A stretch of 62,619 bases of DNA, the filler included, from Globobulimina sp. (Eukaryota), in assembly GCA_003354225.1 (NCBI GenBank). It is 18 parts of 18 records of this genome, joined end to end, with 100 filler letters (N's around TTAATTAATTAA, not from the genome) between each part and the next. Parts side by side here need not be neighbours in the genome. Positions count along the whole stretch, not along the records: positions 34,866 to 38,249 come from PIVH01002938.1; positions 38,350 to 41,732 come from PIVH01002939.1; positions 41,833 to 45,215 come from PIVH01002940.1; positions 45,316 to 48,698 come from PIVH01002941.1; 14 more parts are not named here. The stretch is one strand, 5' to 3'. Every line of letters begins with the position of its first letter. The first letter of the stretch is position 1. The notes under the pieces were generated by a model that searched no databases, was not told the origin of the DNA, and saw only the letters and a list, made by a program, of their open reading frames with translations. Position numbers and translations under genes: made by a program. This document shows, piece by piece, positions 36,413 to 48,798 of this stretch.

Positions 36413-37798
36413 TCACAAATCATCTCCAGCCAAAGCTTGAAATTTGTAATTATCCATTTGTTTCTTTCTAGAATGAGAATAAGTGAATATTATCAACAAT
36501 CCAACCAAGAAAACAGCAAACATACTGCCTAACACAATCCCAATGGTCTTCAGATCATCGTTTCCATCACTTTCATCATGCACAGTATACATCATATACG
36601 AGGATGCTCCAACAAACACTTTAATCACTCTCATATTTGTTCCTTGAGCACCACTCCAATCCATATTACCTAAAAAATATCGATGTAACCTATTGGTTGT
36701 AAAATATAAATAGCCATTGTTATCCCATCCAAATGTGTCAATCCATTGTAAACTCACATTATTATTTAATATCGACACTGCATGTTTTTGTGTATAATTA
36801 TTCCTCTCAACTTCATCAATCTCAAATTCATATTTCATTGAATGTATTGCCGTTTCATGCAACGATCCAAAATATAATACAGATTCATTACTAAATGTCA
36901 TTCCATCCATATTCGATGTCCTATTCCCAATAAATTGTATTTGTTGCATACAATCATTTGTATATACTCGCACATCATATGTAGGCACACGATATAAACG
37001 ATAACTTGACAGAGGACAAAAATATAACCAATTTAAATCAGGCGACAATGCAATACCATCATTGCCCGATGCAACAGAAACTGTGTGTCGATTAATAGTG
37101 ATATTCCGTGCTGGACTCTTCTGGCCGTCATAATTCATCACAGGATCACTAAATCGATGCGAACGATCATTGAGAAAATCATACACAATGATACCACCAT
37201 TATGTGGCTCACCAAATACATCGGAAATATATGCAAATTTATTCACGACATCAACTACGATATCATTCAAAAATGAATTGTTATGTTTTGCTACAGAATC
37301 TGGAAAAACATGTGTTTTTACAATTGTATCAGTCATTATATCATAAATTATAAGTTTTGGTGGACATTGATTGTCTGTGATATGATAGATATCAAAGAAA
37401 TATTTTCTGCCAACATCCAAGATCCACATTTTTCCATCGGAATCGATTTCCATTGATTGGATATTTTGCAACATATTGCAATCATTGATATTTTGCATTG
37501 ACCAGGATGGATACGGCGATAATACGGGTTTGTTGTTTTTGGTAATCACTTTATTGAGTGTTGATGGGATACCTTTTCTCCATCGAGGTACACTCACAAA
37601 TATTGTATCTTTACTATACACTTTAATTCCTGTAATGATATTATTCTCCATAATATATGATCCGTTTGTTATTGATTTGTTTCTGGTGATATCGTCCCAA
37701 TCATATTCCACCTGGACCCATTCATAAACTACAGTGTATCATATGGCTATTATGGGGCGGAGACAAGTTAGTAATACAAGTATCTCCAGCAAAGCCAT
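36413..37798 (-). CDS. Yellow / major royal jelly protein (MRJP) family with signal peptide and C-terminal TM; one in-frame TGA at 37739-37741
   Basis: Motifs IFVSVPRWRKGIPSTL, LSPYPSWSMQ, MWILDVGR, PKLIIYD, FLNDIVVD, AYISD, DGIALSPD, LYFCPLSS and WIDTF. Confidence 0.88.
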
Positions 37799-37879
37799 GT
37801 TTTTTTTTTATCGAAAACTTGTCTGTAGGGAAAAACTTCATTGCCAGTGTAAAAAATTGTATAGTTTTGTGTACCACAA

Positions 37880-38058
37880 GGGGTTGTTCTTATATTGCGC
37901 AATAACAATTGGACCTAGGACCTACGCCATCATTAATTGCAATAGACTAGTTTTAATAAAGGAGCTTAGTGGTCGCATGTCTAGGCATCCTTAATTGCAA
38001 TATCATGGTACCTAGGTCCTAGGTCTCAATTTGTATTGCGCAATATAAGAACAACCCC
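37880..38058. mobile_element. MITE (179 bp) with 25-bp perfect TIR (GGGGTTGTTCTTATATTGCGCAATA) and 3-bp TSD CAA; PIF/Harbinger-like
   Basis: caa|GGGG…CCCC|caa; the TIRs extend imperfectly inward. Confidence 0.8.
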
Positions 38059-38349
38059 CAACATCACCAACACAATCGGTTCCAACCACACCGTCTCAGG
38101 GATATTATAATTATAATCGTAGCCACTGCAGTCGCAACTATTGAGCTAATTTTCATTGTGGTGATCGGACTTCAATATGTATTAAGTAAAGTAAAGTAAG
38201 GTAAAGTGTTTTTTTGAGTTGGTTAATAAATAATAATTACTTGAATGCANNNNNNNNNNNNNNNNNNNNNNNNNNNNNNNNNNNNNNNNNNNNTTAATTA
38301 ATTAANNNNNNNNNNNNNNNNNNNNNNNNNNNNNNNNNNNNNNNNNNNN

Positions 38350-41300
38350 CGGCATAAAAACGTATCCATCAAATCTCGCTTTTGGACTGTTTTGGGTGAC
38401 AAAATTGGTGACATATTATTGTGAGCCAGGTCAATGTTGACATGTTGCCGTAATTCATCATCATTCATGGCGTTCACTGCCGTATCATCCAGATTATCAA
38501 AAATGATATCATTCCGAGCTGCGATGTCTAAAATATTGTTCTTGAATAATGTAAAATCCTCTCTCTGCGATGTTGGGATGTTATCAAAACAAACAGAATT
38601 GGTCATTTCGGGAACGATGGCAATCCGGTTTTGATCATATGAGGGAATCTCTTCGTGTGGCATCTGGTTCCGGTCAACCATATCGAGCCACAAATTCTGA
38701 CAATAAATACTACGTTCAATGAAGCCATCGTAAGGATGTGGTGAGGCTACATTGGTGTCAGTATCATTGTGATGTACCGAGTGTGTATCAATTGGTGATA
38801 GCATCAATCGGTAAATATTACTAACATCAGCGTCGACATTGTTTGGTATAAAGTCATCATTAATAAACGCATACGATTCGTTTGTATGCAGTGAGACATT
38901 ATCAATATCGAACGGGTCCAGGACATCGAGGCCAGCATCGAATAAATGAGCAGACTCATTGGGCGGTGGTGACAAATTAATATCTAATACATTGGCAATA
39001 TTATTTGACAAATTATACAAAGCAGCGTCACTCTGAGGATCAAAGTGTAACTGTCCCTGCAAAGTAGGTGTTGGTGTTTCAAATATATTCGGCAGCGATA
39101 CTTGATTGAATAATAAAAACTGTTGCAATTTCATCAAATTCTGATTATAATTCAATAATGCATTGGTTTCTGCATTAATCATTCTTTGATTAACTTTATA
39201 TTTAAAATCTGATGTGAATGTGTCGATTTTCTTAAAATCAGTTAAACCATTCAGCCCCTTAATAATCGAACACATCTGTCCTTGATAATATTTTTCGAAT
39301 TCGCATAGTTTTGCTTCACATTGAGATCGAGTAATTTCATTAAATTGTCTCAATGCAAAGATACGATAATGTTTCAACGGATCGCCATTATTAAATTCAT
39401 AGCAACGGGTCCCATCCAAGCCGGTGAAGTGCAAGATCTCGCGGGTATAATTTTGCTTCATTATGGTGGCGATAATACCTTTAAGAATGACGGAATTGTT
39501 TTGCGTAATAATCCCGTTTTCATCATAAAATGAATGTGCTCGCAATTCCTTAGTAACATTCAATAAATTCTTCGTATGTTCATTATTACGGTCCCGTAAA
39601 CAACGATTGCCATTGACGCCGGCACCATTTTTCCCGACATAGAAATCACTGCAACGGTCGCAATAGATAACATATATAACATTGCGAGAGAAGCACGATA
39701 ATTTTTGACCAATTTTAAATAATTCATTTGTGTTTCTGCAATTCCATGTTTTCCTTTGTGAATATAAATTGGTTGAATTGCACCTACATTTTTTGGTGAC
39801 ATTCTTGACGATGCCGTGTTTCCGTAAAATAGTGCATGGTATGAATCCTTTCCACGCCGTCAACAAATCTCGTTTGCATAGTTTCCCATCAATGGTTACG
39901 AAAACATCGTCGTTAATGCGTATGTCCATAATAAATTGTTTACAATTAAATGTTTTATAATCAATGAGAGAGAGTTTGAGGCGATTAAAATAATCCAGAT
40001 CGCGGGCAATGGCCAGTTTATGGTTAGGATCCATGAATCTGTTCGGTGTGAGGCTCTCCTTAAGGTTCGGTCCCTCTCTTTGCCATGTTTCTGAAAAATA
40101 TGATAGAGGGAACAACGTAGTCAATATGGCATCGCCTGCAATGTATTTATGCCAGTTTCGTTTCAAAGTCTCATTGAATAAACCTTCGAGTAATGGGTGA
40201 TATTTGTGTATGAACCTAGCGCAAGGTTTGAATTCCTCGATCTCCTCAAAATCGTCATCATCATTGTCATTCTTGCGCAGAACATTCTTTTTGACGAACT
40301 TCTTGAATCGATTGATTTTAATAATTTCATTATTCATCGGATTCCAGCGTTGCAATGCTGCCTCTTTTGTCATCGAAGAATACATATTGAAGATGGTGTT
40401 GGTTACCAATGGATCGTAACCTCTGGCTATCAAATAACATTTATATTTATAGGTTTCCTCATCAAGGAAACAATCATCAGTCGTTGAGCGAATACGTAAT
40501 GCAACGCCAGTTATTGTGCCTGTAAATGTTGAGCCCGGATGACATGAATGTGTATCCAAATAAGCGTGCGGGTCTGTCTTCTTTGGTGAGACCCGGCTGA
40601 CGAGTTTGTGTTGAATCAAATCATAAATCAAACGTACTTCTAATATCTGGATAGAGAGTGGAGAAAAGGTATCAATGTCGGTGGTAAATTGAATGTTCGT
40701 GACATCGTTACGATTTGTACCTAATTCGAAATCATATGCATCAAAGGTTTCATTGATAGGGTGGTCGTGCATAGTATTAAAATCAAATAAGTGATTCAAT
40801 CCTTCACGTAATAAATATACGTCATCCAACTCTCCTGATCCAATCACCAGATAATCGTCGCGATAGCGACCAGAATATATCAGTTGAATATTACATATTT
40901 GTTTTACCCATTCTTTATTTTGCAATAATAAATCAAAGATAATCATGACAAAATCGCAAACTTGAGCTGCGAAGTCGACTCCTTGTCCAATGCCGATATT
41001 TTGGATGAATGCCTCACCATTAAAGTCAGAGACATTATTGCGTAATATGAAGAACATTAATTCGCGTATACAGGCAGGAGATGGATGTGCATATTGGAGA
41101 TCGCCATAATTATCATATACATAAGCCATCATTAATAAACTTAACCTGTGCAGTATGGATGGATACATACCAATAACATCCATAGAGAAGATTAACAAAT
41201 CGCCATTATCTGCAGCTGAGTGTAATGCCGGGTTCTTGTTGAGATCAATGACAGTAAACATTAATGCTTTGGTATCTTTAATTTGATAATTGAGCTTGGT

Positions 41301-41590
41301 CCATTGTGGTAATATATGATACAGAATCATTTGCATTGTGGGCTTGAAGAATGTGCCACAAGATGAGCTAATGGCTAGTTGCGAGCGTGGATCCGGTTTG
41401 TGATCCTTGTATTGACAATAAATGTTTGATGCTTTATAATAATAATTGAAAGGATATCGAGCTTTCACTGCTTCAATCCATTCAAACGCCAGCTCTCCTT
41501 TTTCAAACCAATGCAGTAAAAGTTTGTTAAATTTCATCGCTAATGTCGGCAAATCAAATTGGTCCAAAGGGACCATATTCTGCTTTGATA
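38350..41590 (-). mobile_element. Penelope-like retroelement ORF: RT plus GIY-YIG endonuclease and about 300-aa C-terminal extension (5'-truncated, runs off contig at 3' end)
   Basis: RT: SMDVIGMYPSI, QNIGIGQGVDFAAQVCDFVM, RYRDDYL. Thumb: KKTDPHAYLDTHSCHP. GIY-YIG: NVIYVIYCDRCSDFYVGKN…LRDRNNEH…EKYYQ…KGLN. Confidence 0.92.
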
Positions 41591-41832
41591 AAATTGCCGC
41601 TCATGCGAATTTTAATCAATTATCGGTGGAGGAACAAGATAAAGAAAAACAAAAATATCTCCTCGAAGTAAACCGCTTCGATACCTTCAAAACATTTATC
41701 TTATCCATATTTACCATCACCGCCGCTCATACNNNNNNNNNNNNNNNNNNNNNNNNNNNNNNNNNNNNNNNNNNNNTTAATTAATTAANNNNNNNNNNNN
41801 NNNNNNNNNNNNNNNNNNNNNNNNNNNNNNNN

Positions 41833-42349
41833 GGCCTTGTTGTAGCTTATTATCGCACTCAAACGAGTAACTCATCCGCATGCCATACTGGCTCCGTTCC
41901 TACGGTTTAAAGGTCATTGCGCTGCGGCACCTTCTGGACATAGAATACCTAAATTCATTTTGTGTTTGTTGGCAATACAGCACAAAATAAATATGCAAAG
42001 CTTTCATTTGTTGAGGATATTTAATTCAATACTTTTAGATATAACTGAATGTATCCAAGCTCCCCAACATATTCACCATTTGGAAATCAATGAATATATA
42101 TAATTGAAATTCAACATTTTTGATCTTAAATATTGGCCCGTTTATTGCTTTTGCAAATTCGTATGATATGAACTCATCGTATTTATTGTCTGTTATTTGC
42201 CAATAATATACATCATCATATATTAAAGATAGACAAAATTTTATAATATCTGATGGAATGTACAATAAACGGAATTGTTGACGAATATATCCATATACCA
42301 AACATTCACGCTCTTCTTTGTAAAGTAATCTGCTGAACAAAGAGCGCAT
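41833..42349 (-). CDS. Hypothetical protein with 'LVYGYIR…IPSDII..C' N-terminal motif followed by a MATH-like region, partial
   Basis: 'YWQI…GPIFKIKNVEFQLYIF' follows the motif. Confidence 0.45.
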
Positions 42350-42409
42350 GGTTTGCAATATATTGCAGTTTTCAGTCACAGTTTTTACATGTTACTCTTC
42401 TAAAACATC

Positions 42410-44710
42410 ATGTCTTCTTTAACTACTCTATCACTTGCTATTATATTTCTCATTCCATTTAATATCCACATTACTCAAACTACACTGTCACCGCCATGCA
42501 AATCAATTTACGTCAACATAGAAGCTTTCGGTCAAAGCACATTAGATGTCAATAATTGGAATGGTGTATATTCAATGGATGACAACAAAAAATCATTTAA
42601 TGCATCAATATGGAGAAGAAGTTTAACCGACAATAAATGGTTAAAATATATCGAAACACATTGGGTATTATCTGGGCAGAACAACGAATTACTAATCTAT
42701 GAAAGTAACACATTATTCCCACCAATAAATAGAACAACAACATGGATACATGAATTCTATACAGATTCTGTCCAAATCCGCTTAGATTGTAGCTCTACTT
42801 TGTCGCCTACATCTGCACCAACACCATCACCCACAACCTATACCGTTACGTATACCTTCAGTTCAAGGATAAACCCAATGCAAAACACACCCACAGACCA
42901 ACAGTCCGACCCTCAGCCAATGCGATGTGTTAATAGTCTCAGACTCAAACAACAATACCATTGACAACCACACATATTTTAGTGATTGGAAATATTATCG
43001 TTTGCCAACAAACGATTATAATAAGCGACCGATTTGGCAATATGTATACAATAATATTGAATCATATGTACAGTTCTTGTCTTCTGATGGCTGGATTGTA
43101 TTATTAAACGATGGAAGCGCTATCACTACGTATTCCGCAGGCAACTTATTCGCTAATTATCCACCATTAAATGAAGCAATATTATTCAATAAAACTACAA
43201 ATAACGGATTAATACGAATATTCACATTCATTTGTCTGCGTACTGATACACCGACAAATACGCCATCAATATCGCCCACAACTATACCATCATTGGCACC
43301 GCTGAGCGACCCATCCATTGCGCCAACGGGCAATCCGATTGAAGCAGCTCTACCGTCACCAACTTATTTGCCAAGTCAAGTGCCGACAGTCGCACCATCC
43401 GTAGATTGTGATGTATTGAAAATAAATATTCCTCGCGATTTAAAAATTGACAACAACCCAAGTTGTGATATTGATTTGGGCGAAGTATTTAGTTCGTATT
43501 GGCTGAAACAGATATCGCGCTCAAACCGACCGTCGTGGACATTGGACTGTGATGATGCAAATGAGCAATATACGCTAGCATGTCGCGATGGTTATAGGTA
43601 TGCAGTATACTGCTCAGTTCGGCTCAGCTTTGATGACCTTGCCATGCTAAATCAGGCAGTTCCGCAAATAGAGGATAACGTTTCTGTTGTTTTGTAGTAT
43701 GTACTGTAGATGTTCACTCATGGCGTATTTTGATAACATTCCGGATATCTAATCCATAGAAACGGTATATCCAATATTTGCGGAGCATACAATAATATGT
43801 CAATTTGTTTTTTTTTATATTTTATATTTAGTGGTTCTGTGTTTTTTGTGTCTTCTCAGTGGGAGATACAAGTACATAGTAAAAAGGATGACTGTTTTGA
43901 AAGATTTATTGTTGAGAATACAGGTTCTTTTTCCATACCGGATGGATATTGGATGGATGCATCGACTTTGAATACCTATTCATTTACAATTGTGTGCGCA
44001 GATAAAATATTTGCATCTACACCACAAGCCACAGGTAAATACATTAACATATATCCATTTGTTTTTTTTTATGGTACGTTGAAATATATTCATTTGTAGG
44101 AGACACATTTGTGAGTAAGAAGACAGTGTATATTTATGATGAAGTATGGTTTTGGATTGCTTTTATGTTAATATTTTTGATATGTTGTTTATTAGGTTTT
44201 GCTGCATATTATTGGAATAAACAAAGAAAGCCAGAGGTTGTGTATCAAGCAAAAGCAGTCCAATCAGTGTCACATTTTGGGCGACAACAGTTAGAATTGC
44301 AAGATATCCCAAAACAAGCATATATTGATGATGATGCTGCAGCTGCACACGTACAAGCTCTTGCTGATGATGATGACGATGACATTTATTATGATGGGAT
44401 AGCGAATACAAATGCAAATACAACTATTGGTTCAACTTTAAGTGATCCGAATATAAATCCAAATTTAAAGAATGTAAATGTTACGGTTGCGGCCGGTGGG
44501 TCGAATAGGAATATTGGAGAATTAAAGGCAAATATTAGTGTTAGCAATGAAGATATTGAAGATTTGTATGATAATCCAGATGTTGCAAAGCCAGGGCTCA
44601 GTGATAAAGCATTGGAAATGATTGCTGGCAGTAGAAAAACTACCGGGTATTCTGCACAAAATAATGATGATGTTGTTCCAAATGATTTGGATGAAATTTT
44701 TAATGTGTAA
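42410..44710 (+). CDS. Type-I membrane protein with PT-rich linkers and repeated extracellular modules (multi-exon)
   Basis: Signal peptide, SPTSAPT/TPTNTPS repeats, TM segment WFWIAFMLIFLICCLLGFAAYYW and an acidic cytoplasmic tail. Confidence 0.6.
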
Positions 44711-44829
44711 TTGTTATAAATGTTGCGTATCTTATTTTACTTACTACTTTTTTGATTGATGGAAATTCGGACCAAAAAGTTTTTTACTAGCGTCGCCCGC
44801 GACATCTGCAGTTTAATATTACGCAGATA

Positions 44830-45215
44830 ATGGCTGGATCTTTACGCGTGTGTGATTTATTAGTATTTGGATATGTGAGACTTTATTGTCGGTTAAATGA
44901 TGTTATTCCACTAGAACTTGTTGATTTATGTATCAAATTCCATCACAATAAATTTCGAATAGAGGATAAAAAGCCACCAATTATCATCCAAAATGGATCA
45001 TATATGATGCAGTTCGGTTTTGCGGGGCATGGGGAAATGGGTCAATTCCGAACAATGTGTGGTCGTTTTAAATTTAAGCATCAACGCTTTTTGCTTCCTT
45101 CTTTGATGAGACTCAATTATGTGGGAGATACTGCTGCTCAAAGACGAGGAATATTAAATCTCAGTTATCCAATACAAAGTGGCTCCATCATTGATTTTAA
45201 CGATATGGTAAAACT
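44830..45215 (+). CDS. Divergent actin-like protein with an N-terminal 'LLVFGYVR…IPLELVDLC' module, 3'-partial
   Basis: 'PIIIQNGSYMMQFGFAG' and 'YVGDTAAQRRGILNLSYPIQSGSIIDFNDM' correspond to the actin N-terminal region. Confidence 0.8.
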
Positions 45216-45315
45216 NNNNNNNNNNNNNNNNNNNNNNNNNNNNNNNNNNNNNNNNNNNNTTAATTAATTAANNNNNNNNNNNNNNNNNNNNNNNNNNNNN
45301 NNNNNNNNNNNNNNN

Positions 45316-48300
45316 GCAAGTTGATAAGTTTAAGCAAGAAATGGCCGAAATAAAAATAAAAGTCGGCGAGTTAGAAGCGGAAAATGTGCAGTTGGAAGCC
45401 GGTGGCGGTCGAGATATTAATTTAGAGATCCAATTGGATTTTGAGAATGATTTTAGTATCTTTAAAAAAGATGAATTTGAATATCCACACAATTTAAGTC
45501 GAAATCAATTAATTTTATGGTGCCAACATTTTAAGGTATTAATCAAGGAAATCAATGACGAGCTATGTCTGGAAATTAATAACTTATCCCAACGGAATCA
45601 AATATTGGAAGATTATATTGAATTAAAAGGCTTACACTTCCCGGAAGATGATTATACGCATAATCCTCTGCATAATAACCCCATGGCCAATAATCAGAAT
45701 GCTTTACCGCATCCATTGCCATCTATGACCTTCCATGAAGACTTAGACTCTTATAATCCAACCAAGAAACAACTAAAAGATTATATTGATTTAATGTTTA
45801 GTGAGTGGAAAAGAGATGAGATTGATAGTAATCAGATGGTGATTGCTGGCATGGAGCCAGATATTTTATTATTAAATGAGTTGGAAAACTATAAACCGGC
45901 AACAGACGAAGACAAAGACAAAGCAGAAGAAAAGAAGGATGGCAGAAAAGACTCTGAGAAAGAAGAGAGATTAAAACAACAGTTAGAAGCCGCCTATTTA
46001 AAACAAGAAGAAGTTGCCTTGGAATTGAATAAGAAAATCGATGGTTTAAAAGAATCAAATGATCAATTAACTAAACAATTACGTATGGTACAACAGAAAA
46101 ATAAAGTGCCCAAACACGAATCTGAACGAAGTGGGTCGTTAGCAAAAGAACAACAGGAACACGAAAACGAAAACGAAAACAAAAACCAAAACCAAGACGA
46201 AAATGCAAACGAAGCCAATCAAGCAATGGAATTTGGCGAAGAAGATGAAGAAGAGAGGCTATTAAGGAATCGACTGAATGACACTGAAGAATATGTAAAA
46301 GAGCTGCAAGATGCGATGAAACAGTTAGAATTTGAGACTGCTCAACAAAAGCAAGCCTTAGAGCGGGAATACAAATATCAGATTGAATTAATCAATATCG
46401 ACTTACAAGAGTCTCGCAATCAATGCGAAGATTTGAGTCGGCAGATTGGCAGCGATGACTTGAATGAGTTGGCGAGCGAGTTTCGAAATGAACTATGGGA
46501 CGCCAGGGCAGATAATAATACCTTAAAAAAGAAACACATCGAAGAGATCCGGCAGTTGGAAAGAGACCGAGATGAATTATTGCGAGAGATTAATTTATTG
46601 CGCATCAAAACGGATCGAATGGACCAGAATAGCGGACAGGTTGTGGGAAAGTTGCAATTGGAGTTAGAAAAGAAAGAGGCTGAATTACAACACATTTTTG
46701 CGGTGAATAGTAATTTATCGAATATTAAGGAGAAGATGGATGAGATGCGCGTAGAGAGAGACTCATTGCAGGACAAATATGGCGAATTAAAAGAGAGATA
46801 CGAAGGGGAAAAGTCTTTATATCAACAAGATATCCAACAATTGAATATAGAAAAGAAGAAACTAATTATTCGAATTAAAACTGCTGAACAAGACATTAAA
46901 TCACTTAAACAATCGGCCGGCATTGACTCCGATGCCATTATTACCAAAACCGAATTAGTTAAAATTAAACAAGAAATGGATGATTTACGCATGAAAAGAG
47001 CAGAGGCGGTCAAATCGAAAATAAGATTGTTACAAACTTCGAGTTTAGAGATTGAACGGATGAGAGATGAGATCCGATTATTAACGGGCGATAGGAAGGT
47101 ATCGATGAGAGATTTTAAACCGGGAAGGTATGATAGTTCAGCTTTTAATAATAATAATAATGGCAGATATAGTGTGTCGTCATTGGGTAGTAATATTCCT
47201 ATGGCGGGAGCAGCACATCAACAAATATTATCTGCGCACGACAATACAAGTGGTACATACATGGACAGTGCATGGAGTTATACGGTTGGTATGTTAGCCT
47301 CTATAGGCTCCGCATTTAAAGGTGGTGATAACAGAGAGGAAGCAGCACATTCACATCACCCATCGCAATTTGAATATGATGACGAAGCGTATGATATTCA
47401 TAGTGATTATCAATATGATAATACAAGCAGGAGATCGTCCATATCGAATGGGATGAATAATAATAATAATAATAATATCTATGGCAATGCCAATATAGTG
47501 GAGCATGAGAGAGGATTATCACATCGAAGTGTTTCGCATGGATATCATCAAAAGAAGCCTAGTCGGCATAGGAATAAATTACATCAACATCAGCCACAAC
47601 AAGCACATAATCGTTATCCATCACAAGCGTCATTATATCGAGAGAATGATAGGGGACATAGTCGAGGGTTGTCATCATCTGCATTGAGAGCAAAGAAAAA
47701 GAAAATGCGTGCACGGCAAGTGAGAGATCGAGATCGAGAGCGAGAGCGAGAGCGAGACAGAGATCAATATAATACTAATAATCGGCATGACCGGGCGTAT
47801 TCATCAATGTCTAACCAATCAAAGAGGCATCGTAGTAAACAAGGATCAAAACAGGAGGTTCTGTTAGATGCCGAGGAGAATGATAATATTCGTGATTCAA
47901 TGGCTAAAATATTCGATGCATTTGATAAAGCAGAAGATAATGTAAATCGAGGATCGCTCGATATATCAGGCGTTGGTGATGATGGCTTAGGACTGTTCAG
48001 TTTGGATGATATGGTTAATAATGATATTCATGATCCACAAGAGACGCACACAGAAATTAATGAAATTGAGCAACAAGCTATGAATATGAATAATATCGGA
48101 CATAAACATCAACGTAAATCATCAACATATCATAGTGATTATATGAGGAAGCCGTTAACAGAAATGAACGAGGAAGAGGATAATAGTCATAACAATAATA
48201 ATATTGATATTAATATGATGACTGATGAATATTTTGATAATATATTAAATAATTCTGCCGGGGTTGGTGATGATGATGATAATGATTTTGATGATAATAT

Positions 48301-48352
48301 ACCATATTCTGATGATGATCAGTTTGCAATTACAAACATGGACTATAATTAA
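45316..48352 (+). CDS. Long coiled-coil protein with low-complexity C-terminus, 5'-partial
   Basis: Open frame of more than 1000 aa with E/K/Q-rich heptads. Confidence 0.75.
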
Positions 48353-48469
48353 CGAGACATTTTTTTTTTTTAGCCCTTTTACACTTTTTTTTGTGTGTTA
48401 CATTGTTGTACTATCTACTTATAATTAGATCTTATGCTTCTTTTTTTGTTGAATTTACATGTGACAATA

Positions 48470-48665
48470 CAATTAACTTTTTTGGCTTAGTTTCGTTTCG
48501 TTTCATTTCAACGATTAGAAAAGTTTTTGGGTTAGCTAGAGTGGTTTTCAACTTCGAATACTAGGTCAACTTCGAATACTAGGTTGAAAACCACTATAGC
48601 TAACCCAAAAACTTTGCCAATCGATGAAATGAAACGAAACGAAACTAAGCCAAAAAAGTTAACTG
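48470..48665. mobile_element. Fold-back MITE (196 bp) with about 80-bp TIRs and TA TSD; Tc1/mariner-like
   Basis: ta|CAATTAACTTTT…AAAAGTTAACTG|ta. The centre contains an 18-bp tandem duplication (tcaacttcgaatactagg x2). Confidence 0.8.
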
Positions 48666-48798
48666 TAATAAAACATTGATACCAATATACACAAAAGANN
48701 NNNNNNNNNNNNNNNNNNNNNNNNNNNNNNNNNNNNNNNNNNTTAATTAATTAANNNNNNNNNNNNNNNNNNNNNNNNNNNNNNNNNNNNNNNNNNNN

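Noticed and set aside
37739-37741. TGA reassignment or selenocysteine as a genome-wide feature
   Set aside because: TGA is the normal stop of several genes here (e.g. at 5525 and 50943), Trp is encoded by TGG, and I recognised no SECIS.
41590-41732. 5' inversion of the Penelope-like element
   Set aside because: A plus-strand frame is open here, but it shows no recognisable similarity to the element and the contig ends too soon to test it.
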